Assembly: GCF_001194135.2 (NCBI RefSeq)
Contig: NC_069001.1
Coordinates: 22,499,613-22,563,612, forward strand
DNA: 64,000 nucleotides
Reading direction: 5' to 3'
DNA from: Octopus bimaculoides
Taxonomy: Eukaryota
The translations under genes were made by a program, and so were the position numbers. Under the pieces are notes generated by a model that ran no database searches, was not told where the DNA came from, and worked only from the letters and a program-made list of their open reading frames with translations. Shown piece by piece: positions 37,631-51,857 of the stretch; the first letter of the stretch is position 1; every line of letters starts with the position of its first letter.

Positions 37631-38801
37631 TGTGGTTTTAGAATATTGACGCGTTTTTATCTTAATCTTCTATTATTTATTTTAGGGATCTCGTGTCGCT
37701 CTTCACACACGTGAATCTCGAACCGTCCAGTGGGGAAGCTACTCTGTGTGCGTTTTGCTTGCGATTTGGGCTGAATTCATTTTATTTGTGTTCTTTTACT
37801 GTTTTGCTTTCCACTACGCTCTGTCATCTCTTCGCGTTGCCAGTTTACTTTCTACCGTTATAAGAGGATACTGTGATACTACGAATTGAAAACCTTCATC
37901 ACTGACCTCTGTAACCAAGGATAAGGTAATTTTGAGGAGCCATTCTTGGAGATGCAGCTGTGGTGAGTTCGAAAATGCAACCACTGGAACCTGCTCTTTT
38001 TAACGCTGTCTCTCCTGTTCTCTCCTTTTCGATTTTTCGATTTCTTTAATTAAAATGCTTTCTCATAAGTTTAATGTTTACCATCGACTAGCTGATGGTG
38101 ATGTTAAATAGGCGATAGATCAAGACTACTACCTCCACAATGCTGTGGTGGGACACATTTGATCACGGTATCATGAAGCAGAACTGAACCCAAAACTACG
38201 CAGTTCCAGTTATTCAACTTTAAATGTAACTGTCCATAGCAATGCTTGAGATTAGCTATATTTAATGTTATATGAGTAGACCATTTCTTGTTCACAGGCA
38301 GTTCACGCTGCAACTGACAAGACACAAACTATTGGCCCCAGGCACTTCGCTGTTTGCTATGTTATCTTAGAGTTTTAGTCATACTCAAGAAATTTCTTAG
38401 AATTTTAGAATATCTGTATGCAGTACGTATATGTATACGAGCACTGCAGCGGATAAGAACGGATGCAGGAATCACTATGTTGTTAAATATTAGCGCAGGA
38501 ATGATTTAGTGGTTAGAAGTATTGCTTTTCATCTCTGTAGTTTCGAATTCAATCACACTGAGTGGCACCTATTGCGAATGATATCTACCAAAACCTAGTA
38601 AGTCAAATTTAGTATTCAACAAAAGATGTGCAAGATTGTTTCTCTTCTTGCCTCTACCAGGTTTAATCAGTTTCCCTAATTGACACCAACACCTGTACAT
38701 TAGTTACCTTTTGTGGAATACACTCTGTTGCAAGCAAGCAATCAAGTTATTCTGTATGAAAATAACTTGTTTCATTTCTCTCACTGTTTTCAAAAGACTG
38801 T

Positions 38802-38838
<37 letters not shown>

Positions 38839-39009
38839 TTAGGGGATAAGACCTGACCATTCCGATCTGAATCATTTGTAAAACTAAAAAATTCTTTTGC
38901 GAAAAGAGGAATAAACGTTCTCGAATAAGATTAATTAAAAAATGAATTGGTATCTCTAACCAGTAACATCACTCGAACTTGTTGCGTTTATACAGTACTC
39001 TGAAGTCAA

Positions 39010-39480
39010 GGCACGTGATTTAGTGGTTAGGGCATTCGACTCACGATCGTAAAGTTGTGAGTTAGATTTTCGGCGGCGCGTTGTGTCCTTAAGTAAGACA
39101 TTTTATTTCACATTGCCCCAGTCCACTCAACAGGCAAAAATGAATAGTATGCAGTGTTTTAAAGTACCAGCCTTGTCCCATAGTGTGTCATGCTGACTCT
39201 CCCTGAGAACTACGATAAGGGAAGTGCTCAGCCACTTGCACGGGCGATGTATGTGTGTTTATGAGCAAAACACCTAGGCACCACCCGGCTTTGGCAGAAG
39301 GCAATGGCGACCTTCTGTTGACTTTTTCGCCACAACTTTCTCTCAATCTTTCTTCCTGCATCTAGCTGCTCACCTGTGACGGACCGGCATCCAGTCCAGG
39401 TGAGGAACCTGTACGCCAATGAAACCGGGAGACCACCCCCTATGAGCCAGGCATGGCTCGAGAAGGAACAAACAACAAAA
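39010..39480 (+). mobile_element. SINE family D, long composite form
   Basis: Head and tail match 32738-32990; an extra block of about 225 nt (39148-39373) contains ggcagaaggcaatggcga. Confidence 0.75.
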
Positions 39481-39654
39481 ACAGGGCAGGATGAATATTT
39501 TGCTAATCTTAATCACATAAATTATTGCCTTATGAATAATTTTTGTGTGTACATGTGTATGTAGTTATGTATGCAATACCTACAATATATTGTTTTAGAT
39601 CATTTTTACTTAATTCATGGCCCTAAAGAAATAGTTTTCGTTATACTAGCTATG

Positions 39655-39990
39655 CAGGCGCAGGCTTGGTTGTGTAGTAAGAAGCTTGCTTCCCAAACAC
39701 ATGGTTCAGGGTTCAGTACTAAAGCCTTGGTAATAGATATAGTAGACGGAAACTGAAAGAAGCTTGTCCTATATGTATGTATCTTGGTATCTGAGTTTCC
39801 CCACCACCACTATTTGACAACGATTGCCGGTGTGTTTACGTCCCCGTAACCTAGCAGTTCGGCAAAAGATACAAATAGAATAAATACCAGGCTTAAAACA
39901 TATAAATACTGGTGTTGATACTTTGACTAAAAATTCTTGAAGAAATTCTTGGCTGCAGAGTCTAATGAGTGAAACAAGTAAAAGATAAAT
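39655..39990 (+). mobile_element. SINE family A
   Basis: ggcgcaggcttggttgtgtagtaagaagcttgcttccc..gagtgaaacaagtaaaagataaa. Confidence 0.85.
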
Positions 39991-41768
39991 GACCCATACT
40001 GACTTAGCAATGAAAATTCATTTGTTAATAGATAAAGAACAAGTTTGGCAGCTGTTAGTGCGAAGCTGGTAAACTATAACTCTTCATCTTCAACACACGA
40101 TCATGAAAAACACAGTCCAGTCTGTTACAACTTTACACAAAACTTATCCAAGATTTATTCGTTCTAGTCTAAGCCCTTGCAGTTAGTCTACTTGGGTTTC
40201 GCCTGTCGTCAAGGGTATGCAACTTGCATGTCGCAGCTTCCGGCACTTCCACTGACTAAAATATTTCTTTAAAAAATGAAATTATTTATTTTCTTCCATA
40301 ACCGAAATTGTGTGACTGAGAAAAATCTATATCAAATTTAAGAAATATTTTCTTGCCTGCTTATAGCACAAACACCTATTCAATAAGTCAATTTTGATTA
40401 TAAATAAGCGTAAGATTATTTTCAGCTATTTCCATTTCTTTAGGCAAATTTCTTTCTTTTGGGAACCAAACTATGACAACAATCTCACGCTACCAAACAG
40501 CCAACGGCACCTAAACAAGGAAATGCCATTTCAATGTCTTTTATTGACGTCTAATTTTCTAAATTCATTTGTACAGCTTACTTGGTGTGATTTAGTAAGG
40601 TCAGTATTAGCACTAATGAATATCCTGTTCCATATTTTAGATATCAATTTTTATGCTAATAAATTAATACGTATTAGCTGGAATTAATTCTAAAACATGC
40701 AATGGAAGTCAGTCGATTCATTTTGAATATTAACAATTAGTACATTTCTGTTTGCGTGTACGCGTTTGGGATGTGTGTATGTGCACACATATGTACATAC
40801 GCAACACACGCGGCCATGGACACATATAAAGCTGCATAAAAATCCATATGTATCTGTGTGTGATTTTGTATATATATATATATATATATATNNNNNNNNN
40901 NNNNNNNNNNNNNNNNNNNNNNNNNNNNNNNNNNNNNNNNNNNNNNNNNNNNNNNNNNNNNNNNNNNNNNNNNNNNNNNNNNNNNNNNNNNNNNNNNNNN
41001 NNNNNNNNNNNNNNNNNNNNNNNNNNNNNNNNNNNNNNNNNNNNNNNNNNNNNNNNNNNNNNNNNNNNNNNNNNNNNNNNNNNNNNNNNNNNNNNNNNNN
41101 NNNNNNNNNNNNNNNNNNNNNNNNNNNNNNNNNNNNNNNNNNNNNNNNNNNNNNNNNNNNNNNNNNNNNNNNNNNNNNNNNNNNNNNNNNNNNNNNNNNN
41201 NNNNNNNNNNNNNNNNNNNNNNNNNNNNNNNNNNNNNNNNNNNNNNNNNNNNNNNNNNNNNNNNNNNNNNNNNNNNNNNNNNNNNNNNNNNNNNNNNNNN
41301 NNNNNNNNNNNNNNNNNNNNNNNNNNNNNNNNNNNNNNNNNNNNNNNNNNNNNNNNNNNNNNNNNNNNNNNNNNNNNNNNNNNNNNNNNNNNNNNNNNNN
41401 NNNNNNNNNNNNNNNNNNNNNNNNNNNNNNNNNNNNNNNNNNNNNNNNNNNNNNNNNNNNNNNNNNNNNNNNNNNNNNNNNNNNNNNNNNNNNNNNNNNN
41501 NNNNNNNNNNNNNNNNNNNNNNNNNNNNNNNNNNNNNNNNNNNNNNNNNNNNNNNNNNNNNNNNNNNNNNNNNNNNNNNNNNNNNNNNNNNNNNNNNNNN
41601 NNNNNNNNNNNNNNNNNNNNNNNNNNNNNNNNNNNNNNNNNNNNNNNNNNNNNNNNNNNNNNNNNNNNNNNNNNNNNNNNNNNNNNNNNNNNNNNNNNNN
41701 NNNNNNNNNNNNNNNNNNNNNNNNNNNNNNNNNNNNNNNNNNNNNNNNNNNNNNNNNNNNNNNNNNNN

Positions 41769-41927
41769 GTTCTGAGCTCAAATTCCGCCGAGGTAGACTT
41801 TGCCTTTCATCCTTTCGGGGTCGATTAAATAAGTACCAGTTACGCACTGGGTTCGATGTAATCAACTTAATCTCTTTGTCTGTCCTTCTTTATCCCCTCT
41901 ATGTTTAGCCCCCTGTGTGGATAAAGA

Positions 41928-41984
<57 letters not shown>

Positions 41985-42000
41985 GATAGATAGATAGATG

Positions 42001-42056
<56 letters not shown>

Positions 42057-42250
42057 TAAAAGCAGTGAGCTGGCACGCTGGGCAAGAACTGTCTGGCAAC
42101 ATTTTTCCCATCTTTACGTTCTGAACTCAAATTCCGCCGCGGTCGATTTTGCTTTCAATCTTTTCGGGGTCGAAAAGATAACTACCATATGAGTACTGGG
42201 ATCGCTGTAATCAACTTTCCTCACCTCTAAACTAGTTGAACTTGCTGACT
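41769..42250 (+). mobile_element. Two family B SINEs (41769-41930 with the ORF1-type tail; 42062-42250) separated by (TA)/(GA)/(GATA)n
   Basis: Family B body in both; the first ends ttgtctgtccttctttatcccctctatgtttagcc..ataaagaata. Confidence 0.82.
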
Positions 42251-43029
42251 TTGCATCAAAATTTATTTGTATATATGTGTGTGTGCGTTTGTGTGTGTGA
42301 CCAAATTTAATGCGGTTAAATTCATTGAAAATGAGCAGTGCTCCGCTGCGATACCGCTTTTCAACTGATCGCTCATTGTGCAGTAATATATTTATAATAA
42401 TACCATCACACCATGGTATCATAATATCAGTTTTAGTAAATTATCTATATTGCTAGCTGCAACACATGCCGAATAATCTTTATTGGCCATCTACTTTCTC
42501 TCCCACTAGTTAACATCCAGAGCTTTGCTTGTGTCCAACACATGGAACATGAAAGAACTTAACTTCACTGGTACCATTATGTCGCACTTGCAGATGGTTA
42601 TTTAATTCCGCAAACGCTAAACCCTACATCACGGATTAATCCATGTTATAGTATGATTGCGTTTATGAGAAGATGAATGTTGAAATATGTACCATATTGT
42701 TCACAAAGATCTAAAAGCAAGAACTGTTGTTATTTGTTTGGAATTAACATCCCCCGGTAAAACTATCTAATCAGATATGTAAATTTTTCCTGGATACAGC
42801 ACTCAACTGAAGATAGAAAGGCTTTCTTTGTCTTCATGGAGACCGGTCAAAATAGAAGTAAAGGCACCTAGAAGACCGTAAAGTCCACATTTGCGTGCAG
42901 AGTTTTAAATTTTAAAGGACCGGAAAACCAACACTATCTTTTCTGTTTAATCTATATGTAATGCATGTTTCAGACCTACATTATGGCTGTCCACTCGTGA
43001 CCAAGGTAGACCAACACTGACCATTGCAC

Positions 43030-43760
43030 ACTTAAAATTTTTACTTTATTCTTGTGGCTTCGCTAGTGACTAATGGTCCGAGCTCTTAATAAACGTTCAG
43101 GTTCACCGATATTGCAGACCAGGTACCTTCTCCCATTCACTGTACAAGCGATACAGTTTTGAGAATCTTGTTTAAAATCTGCATAAAAAATTCGTGTTTT
43201 GTCGAGAATATTCCCTCCCGCCTTTACTTGTTTCTTCCATTGATGGCGATGACAAGCATTGATTTCACATATTAACATGTCATATTTTAAAAGCCTTCGA
43301 CAAGGACTTTACACAATCCTTAAATCGTAGTTCTGGTTTCCGCTGAGGCGCATTCCACAAACAAATTCTCTCGCCTTATAGCAGATGCTCAGGGATCCTC
43401 CAATCATTCATCCGAACAGGGTATTCAGCCAAACGTAAACGGAGCTTGCGCACCATCACATCACTGCTTGGGATGTCAGCTACCTTCAAGACCTTTGGGT
43501 CTGGAGTCCGCAAGGACCAATCAACATTCAGAATGCGTCTCAAACATCTCTGATGGAAACTTTCAAGGAGACTTACATAATGCTTGTAAATGACCCGTGT
43601 CTAACATGAGTAAAGGAGCAGCATAAGCACATGTGCACGGTATACAAAAAAAATTGTTCGACAGGTATGAGATACGAGACAGAAGAAGCCTTAAAGGTAA
43701 AGCTTTAAGATCTTCTGGTCGTCTCTTGCTTCATTTACTGCCAATTCGTAAACTTTTCAA
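43030..43760 (-). mobile_element. RTE-clade LINE C-terminal relic
   Basis: LESFHQRCLRRILNVDW..VLKVADIPS..LRLRLA..VRMNDWRIP..KPELRFKDCVK. Confidence 0.82.
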
Positions 43761-44289
43761 TCTTTTATTCGTGAAATCCGTTATGCAGATGATTGCGGTT
43801 TAGTTGCCCATACTGTTGAAGATATTAAAATTCTCATGGATCGTACTGCAGCATTAGCCTGGATAAAACACTTGAGGGTCTCAATACAGATATTTTTTGC
43901 ATATGGCATTCAGAACTTATTTTAATTTAATTATCCGTATGAATACTATTTGTGCATCAGAGTTATTTCCCATTGTTAATTTTAACTTAATTCATGCAAA
44001 TTACATGTGTCATAATCTTTCACATGAATCTCAGGTTTGGATAAACTACACTAAACGTATGATGTCTAACAGAAGGAAAACGTGTTGCTCCCTGATTCTA
44101 ACAAAGACCAGACATTAAGTTAATTAACTTGAGACATTTTGTTGCAATTTCTTGATATTATACCTTCTTTTCATTAAAAGTCGCTAATAATTATCACCAT
44201 ATATTTGTTTCATTTCTTTAACTAAGAAAGAAAATCGAATTAAGAATATTTATTCCGTACAGCTTTCTGTAAATTCCCATTTACCCAAC

Positions 44290-45112
44290 ATATGCATATA
44301 AACATATATATATATATATGTGTGTGTGCGTGTGAGTGTGTGTGCGCGTGTGTGTGTGTATACACACACACACACATATATATGTATAGATAGATAATTA
44401 TATATGTGTGTGCGTGTATTTATTTATCTCTCTCTCTCTATTTGCAGTATAGTATATCTGTCGATATGTGCATGAATGTGAGCGATTATGCGTAGTTATA
44501 TGTGTATATGCACACACACACGCACAATCGCACACACGTACATACATGCATATTATATAAATGCATGCATGCATACATACCAACATATATACATCTAGAG
44601 ACAGATATCCAGAGACAGAGTTAAACATATGCAAATATGTGTTTGTATGATTCGGTCTTTTCCTGTGAGACATATTTTCATTGTATTTTATGGTCATAAA
44701 TACATGAGAAATAAATGAGTTGATACATAAAAGAAGTCTTAACGGCACTAATACTGCCCACCTAAACAACATTAAGTTTGCTAACAGAGCCATGACTTTT
44801 CAACAAATTCTAAAACATTGTATAAATCGAAGCAATTAGATTTTTTTCTTCCAAGCCTACATTTGTTGCTACATTCACAACTAGGTATTTACACAGACAC
44901 ACGTTCATTCCCACAGACACACTCCTAGACACACCTAGAGACATACGCATCATACCCATAAAGAGACAAACATTTATTTTCAGATATTGTCTTCTTGTTA
45001 CGTTTTGTTATAATGTCTGATTCTTACTTTGGGTTTATTGACTGGAACAATTTTGTTAACTTCCTATAACATTTTGATATAGAAACTGCATTAAATTATA
45101 CCAACTCTGTCA

Positions 45113-45169
<57 letters not shown>

Positions 45170-45230
45170 TCATGTGTATATACATATATATATACATATA
45201 TGTATGTATATAGATATATATATGTATATA

Positions 45231-45297
<67 letters not shown>

Positions 45298-45342
45298 ATA
45301 TATATATATATATATAGATATATGGATATATGTTTGTGTATA

Positions 45343-45417
<75 letters not shown>

Positions 45418-46358
45418 CTATGTATATATATGGGCGTGTCTGTGTGTATGTACGCATATATATATATCTATATATATATATACATATACATATATACAAA
45501 TATATATATATATATGTATATACGTATGTGTATATGCATATATATATGCGTAGATACATACGCACATATATATATATATATATATATATATANNNNNNNN
45601 NNNNNNNNNNNNNNNNNNNNNNNNNNNNNNNNNNNNNNNNNNNNNNNNNNNNNNNNNNNNNNNNNNNNNNNNNNNNNNNNNNNNNNNNNNNNNNNNNNNN
45701 NNNNNNNNNNNNNNNNNNNNNNNNNNNNNNNNNNNNNNNNNNNNNNNNNNNNNNNNNNNNNNNNNNNNNNNNNNNNNNNNNNNNNNNNNNNNNNNNNNNN
45801 NNNNNNNNNNNNNNNNNNNNNNNNNNNNNNNNNNNNNNNNNNNNNNNNNNNNNNNNNNNNNNNNNNNNNNNNNNNNNNNNNNNNNNNNNNNNNNNNNNNN
45901 NNNNNNNNNNNNNNNNNNNNNNNNNNNNNNNNNNNNNNNNNNNNNNNNNNNNNNNNNNNNNNNNNNNNNNNNNNNNNNNNNNNNNNNNNNNNNNNNNNNN
46001 NNNNNNNNNNNNNNNNNNNNNNNNNNNNNNNNNNNNNNNNNNNNNNNNNNNNNNNNNNNNNNNNNNNNNNNNNNNNNNNNNNNNNNNNNNNNNNNNNNNN
46101 NNNNNNNNNNNNNNNNNNNNNNNNNNNNNNNNNNNNNNNNNNNNNNNNNNNNNNNNNNNNNNNNNNNNNNNNNNNNNNNNNNNNNNNNNNNNNNNNNNNN
46201 NNNNNNNNNNNNNNNNNNNNNNNNNNNNNNNNNNNNNNNNNNNNNNNNNNNNNNNNNNNNNNNNNNNNNNNNNNNNNNNNNNNNNNNNNNNNNNNNNNNN
46301 NNNNNNNNNNNNNNNNNNNNNNNNNNNNNNNNNNNNNNNNNNNNNNNNNNNNNNNNNN

Positions 46359-46395
<37 letters not shown>
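44290..46395. repeat. Compound (TA)n/(TG)n/(CTAT)n microsatellite tract with a 766-N gap
   Basis: Seen directly. Confidence 0.9.
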
Positions 46396-46397
<2 letters not shown>

Positions 46398-47699
46398 TCT
46401 TAAGTAAATATGTTGTTAACAGTATCTTCGAAGTCTCGCAAGCCAAGGCATCATTTGACTGCAGTCTGTTGATGTGTCAGCTGATCGACATATTGTACTC
46501 TACAAAGGTGTAGAGTGACCCATCAGATTACTGTAAAAGTGTTTCTATCATAACTGAACATAAAAACAAACATCATTACACATACACACACACACACACA
46601 CACATACACATAAAATAAACCATTTAGGTAAAAATTAATACAAGGTATGTAATTTTATAAATATATTTATAACAAAAGCAACTACTGAGTAGCGCCACAT
46701 GCTAGAAGTTGATGCCAAATGGCTCTAAAACTACCTTATAGTCATGAGCTGAAAGCGAAGGAAATGGTTTATTATATGCTAGCTACTTGATAAAATCTTA
46801 CATAGATTTTATCCTTGATCATAATGATAAATATGAATCAATTCAATCAATTTATTCGCTGCTGAATTATTTTGGTTATTCCCACGCGTCTGAGATGAAC
46901 GAATTTGATTTAACTTGTATATAAATGTGACCATTTGTATATGCACTGTGGATACGTTGTATTCATATGGTATGTATAAATGTTTATAATTATGTAGTCT
47001 GGGTTATGTCATACTGATGGTGGTAAAGTAGAAATCGATGTATGGCTAAACTTTTAGAAAAAAAATTCTTTGTTCATTCCTCTCACTTTCAACCCGTGTC
47101 TGTGATAATTATGGTTAATTTATATATATATATATATNNNNNNNNNNNNNNNNNNNNNNNNNNNNNNNNNNNNNNNNNNNNNNNNNNNNNNNNNNNNNNN
47201 NNNNNNNNNNNNNNNNNNNNNNNNNNNNNNNNNNNNNNNNNNNNNNNNNNNNNNNNNNNNNNNNNNNNNNNNNNNNNNNNNNNNNNNNNNNNNNNNNNNN
47301 NNNNNNNNNNNNNNNNNNNNNNNNNNNNNNNNNNNNNNNNNNNNNNNNNNNNNNNNNNNNNNNNNNNNNNNNNNNNNNNNNNNNNNNNNNNNNNNNNNNN
47401 NNNNNNNNNNNNNNNNNNNNNNNNNNNNNNNNNNNNNNNNNNNNNNNNNNNNNNNNNNNNNNNNNNNNNNNNNNNNNNNNNNNNNNNNNNNNNNNNNNNN
47501 NNNNNNNNNNNNNNNNNNNNNNNNNNNNNNNNNNNNNNNNNNNNNNNNNNNNNNNNNNNNNNNNNNNNNNNNNNNNNNNNNNNNNNNNNNNNNNNNNNNN
47601 NNNNNNNNNNNNNNNNNNNNNNNNNNNNNNNNTATATATATATATATATATATATATTTGATGGAATCTCCGTCGGTTTCGACGTATGAGGATCTGACA

Positions 47700-48460
47700 A
47701 CCTACCCTTTCTTTGTCAGTCACAATGCTTATGTCGAATGTGGCACTTAAGTCCCACCAACGAATGTGGCAAAGAAGCCCACAAATGCTGCAAGTATGAG
47801 GATTACAGGTCAGTGCAGCCGCTTTTCTTCTTTGTCTTGCTTCCCTAAGCTTGTTATTGCTGGCTGCCACAAAGTTTCTTATACAATTTTGATATTTTGA
47901 TACAACGATCTCCATTTTGTTCGCTCCAAGGTGTTGTTAGCTATCTTCACTGCTGAGAGGTTACTCTTAAGCTTGTCCTTACATCTGAGCCATGGTCGAC
48001 CAGCATTCCTGTGCCCACTATCAAGCTGGCTGTAGATGAGGACTTTGGGTATTCTTTCGTCACTCATTCTGACGACATGGCCGGCCCAGTGCAATTGCAA
48101 CTGCATAAGGAAGTACTCGATTCCACTAAACTTACACTTGCTAAACAGGTCGGCATTAGAAACTCTCTCCTTTAGTGAATAACCACAGATTGCCCTGAGA
48201 CAGCCTTTGTGGAAGAGATCTACTTGGCTAATGTGTTGTCTATAGGGTATCTACGATTCTGAGCTATGCAAGAGAATAGTAAGAATTGCAGCTTTATAGA
48301 CGTGTACTTTGGTGTCGAGTTTAATGCTCCTTTCATTCCTATTGTGTTTGTTGGGTTGTTTGTTAGTGGCACAAATATCGATATGCTGGCTCAGTCCTAT
48401 TTTTCTGTATTCTCGTATTTTAATCTAGGATCTATGTACCGTCATCCTCTGACGTAAACT
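47700..48460 (-). mobile_element. RTE-clade LINE 3' end with C-terminal zinc-finger remnant
   Basis: QLHWAGHVVRMSDERIPKVLIYSQLDSGHRNAGRPWLRCKDKLK..HTCSICGLLC. Confidence 0.88.
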
Positions 48461-48769
48461 GTTTTTAGTTTGACCAATATATTGTTCTTGACACTCAGGT
48501 CACTTTTAGGTCATATGACCATTAAAGAATATTCCTCGAACAATTTACTGTGGCACAGCACTCCTGTATTTTTTCTTTTCTTTTCTTTCTCCTTCTCCCT
48601 CTTCTTTCCCTACTTCTACTACTCTCCTTCCTTCATCTTTTCCTTTAACTTCTCCTCCCCCGTCTTCTTCCAATATGAGTTGAAAACTTTCTGTTAACAT
48701 TTCACTTAACGTCTTTGTTCCATGCTGACATGGGTCGGAGGGTTATTAATGAAGAAAGTTGGTATCTCA

Positions 48770-48859
48770 TCTACTAGCAAGTGAGACCTGCGCAATCTAG
48801 ACGGCGTTTTAAAATTTCATTATCCTCTTTAATCCGGGCAACGCCGGGTATATCTGCTA

Positions 48860-48860
<1 letters not shown>
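48770..48860 (+). mobile_element. 91-bp non-autonomous Helitron
   Basis: A|TC start, CTAG|T end, and GC hairpin CCGGGCAACGCCGGG at 48834-48848, 8 nt before CTAG. Confidence 0.75.
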
Positions 48861-48896
<36 letters not shown>

Positions 48897-48928
48897 AGAG
48901 AGAGAGAGAAGCAGGTAGAAAGTTAGAT

Positions 48929-48984
<56 letters not shown>

Positions 48985-49544
48985 GTATGCATGTTTTTAT
49001 ACATGATGACAAAGTTGAAATGTACAGTTAGTTACAATGTAATCAATATATGAAGAGTATAATATGGAATAAACCTGAATAATTTCCAGAATCACATTTT
49101 CGTGCAATTTTTTTATTCACAATTAATCATAAATAAATGTTAACTAAATTTGCCAGTCAACAGACTGTATAGAAAATAATTTATGCCTGGATTAGAGTAG
49201 TACAATAACCGCTCATTAAAAGAAGAAATTTAGTTGTGAAAAATATTTGAATCTACGATTTTGTATTGCGTTGCACAAATGGTTAAAACATTTGAAATTT
49301 GACAGTAGATGGAGATGTAAATAACTGAACTTAGATTGTGGAACAGATTTGACATGTATATAGCATAGATGTATATAGTTGTCATTTCTAGACAGCCAGT
49401 AGTTGAGTTGGTGTGCACTATTCTCTAAATAAAATGTTATAGACGTGCGATGGTTGAAAAAAAAACCCTCATGTTTAAAATAAACATCAGTTCCAGTGCT
49501 AAATACATTAGGCTCATTTATGGTGGATGGAATTATCACAGTAA

Positions 49545-49925
49545 ACAAGAAACTTGCTTCCTAGCCATACGATTCCAGGTTCAGTCCTACTGCATGACAT
49601 CTTGGACTAATTAAGGTCTTCTAGTATCGCTTCCGGCCAACTAAAGCCTTGTGGGTAGATTTGGTAGATGGAAACTGAAAAAAACGTGTGTGTGTGTGTG
49701 TGTTTGCGTGTCTTTTTGTATTTATTTGTCCTTAACACTGCTTGACAACCGGTGTTGGTGTTTACGCTCCTGTAACTAAGCGGTGCAGCAAAAGAAACTG
49801 ATAGAATAGTACCAGGCTTAAAAGAAAAATTAAAATAATTGGGTTCAATTCATTAGACTAAAAATTCTTCAAGGCGGTGCCCCAGCATGGCCGCAGTCTA
49901 AGCAATATAACAAGTAAAAGATAAA
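49545..49925 (+). mobile_element. SINE family A
   Basis: Head from aaacttgcttcc, internal (TG)n, tail caagtaaaagataaa. Confidence 0.82.
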
Positions 49926-50679
49926 GGAGAACTAAATTTAAATATCTAAAACAGGTTAGTCATGTTGGGAACGTATTTGACCATGAGGTTAAACAACTAC
50001 AACATAAATATGTTGTCAGGACGTGCTCTGCCACTTTTCCACAATCTAGAGATGGTAGACATCTTGACATTAATATTTCCCTTTCAAAAAAATATAATAT
50101 ACCTCATGCATTCTTTGACTTGTAAGCTAATGAAGGTTTAGACATTTGAAAGGCAACACTAACACTGTTTGTAAATTATGTGACAGGATATAATAAATCC
50201 CACGAGTTTAACCTTTTGGTAAATTAAGGCTTAAACTTCAACGGACATATTTAAATTATGGCTGTTCTCAAGTGTTATTACTTAAGGGATGAGCCAATAC
50301 ATATTGTTCAAATTTGATGAGATTTTCAAACGAGGAGTAGAATAGTGATTAAATAATAATCATATGATTAGATCAGTTCATAGAGCCAGATCAGGTTCAA
50401 TAAGCAAGGATAATTTATATTTAATGTTGCCAATAGCTGATACACCACTTCTCATTATTTAACACTTGTTGATAGAAGTAGAATATGTTTCATTGTCGTG
50501 GATGATACGGTCTAAAATATAGATGTACATGATATATAATCATGATACGTTTAAAGAATTATTTTAACTGGAAAAGAACTAAAGTAAAGATTTTAAGAGT
50601 GTCACATTTGGTTCTTGAATATAGGCATTAAATATATACCCCCTATTGCGATATCCTAAAACCAAAGTGCAATATGAAA

Positions 50680-50897
50680 AGCATTGGTGTTGGTGCCGTG
50701 TCACGAAAAGAGCACTGGTGATGGTGCTACGTAAAAATACCACCCACTACACTCTGTAAAGTGGTTGGCGCATCCAACTGTAAAAATGAAGCCAAAACAG
50801 ACTATGGAATCTGGTGCGGTCCCTGGTCTCACCAGCTCCTGCCAAGCCGTCCTAACCATGCCAGCATGGAAAACTGGTGTTAAATGATGGTGATGAT
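50680..50897 (+). mobile_element. SINE family C
   Basis: tacactctgtaaagtggttgg..catccaactgta..accatgccagcatggaaaac..gttaaatgatggtgatgat. Confidence 0.78.
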
Positions 50898-51476
50898 CTA
50901 TTAGTCATTAATTTTGCTCTCAAGTGTATTATGTTGAAGTGACGAATTAGGCAATGCACTATGAACAACTGATTGTCACTCTCTACAATTTGCTTATATA
51001 CAGAAGTCCATAAAAAATTACTAAATCTGTCATTAAGTTTATGAATTAGCCTCATGGCAACGGTTTTTTTATCATGAAACTAGGTTGTACCGACGGTAAT
51101 CATCTCGGCTGAGATCAGCAATTAGCGCACGACAACGGTTCGACGTATATTTACATCAACCGCTTTAAAGCATGCACTATTCATTTATGTAAATTGTCAT
51201 CACTGAGCAGAACGCTCCAGCGGTATTAGTGCGGCTATAAGATCACTCGACAACGTAAGTCAGACAGATAGCGAATATTGACTTAACAAAACATGAAACA
51301 TAAAAAAAACTAGCTTTGTTATGGTAAATCTAAAAACAGGGTGTAAGACATATGATAATCTGTGCGTATATATCTTGTTTCCATGCAACGACCGCGCTGC
51401 GCACGCAGCACATAATTTTGACTCGTTCTTCTATTTTTTCAGTTGGAGGAACTGAAATAAGGAAATGTCCAAGTCC

Positions 51477-51857
51477 CTAGATGGTTCGGCATGGGGAAAG
51501 CCCGATGCGTAGATGGCCCGTGATCAGTATGGTGGAAAATCTGCAACTTCTATTGTTTCTTGGTATAGATGGACGTGATGACAAACGCGACAAGGACCGT
51601 AAATTCAACGAAGCGGGTGTACATGGACGCAATGAGCTTGGTGTAGAAATTGGCGTAGCTGAATGTGACGATGAGCACGGAGCTGGTGTAGCTGGACTTG
51701 GACACCAACGCGAGGACCGTATATACAACGAACCTGGTGTGGTTGAATGCGACGACTGTAAATTCTGTGAAGGCCCCGAATAATATGCGGAACGTGTATG
51801 AATTTGATAGGAATCCGTTGTGAAAACGGTGGTATAACTGCCAAAACTGCTGCTTTT
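51477..51857 (-). other. CpG-rich coding-like segment with internal repeats and several open frames; true frame unresolved
   Basis: Minus Ser/Pro/Thr-rich frame open 51477-51857; plus ORF 51481-51783 (100 aa); minus ORF 51605-51946; motif repeated with a 120-bp spacing. Confidence 0.35.

Noticed and set aside
38104-38325. SLDLSPI resembling the mariner SPDLxP motif
   Set aside because: Single weak motif with no supporting context.
46490-46535. Minus-strand CUGAUGG plus hairpin GUCACUCUACA/UGUAGAGUAC as a hammerhead
   Set aside because: A9 and the GAAA box are altered and stems I and III are not convincing.
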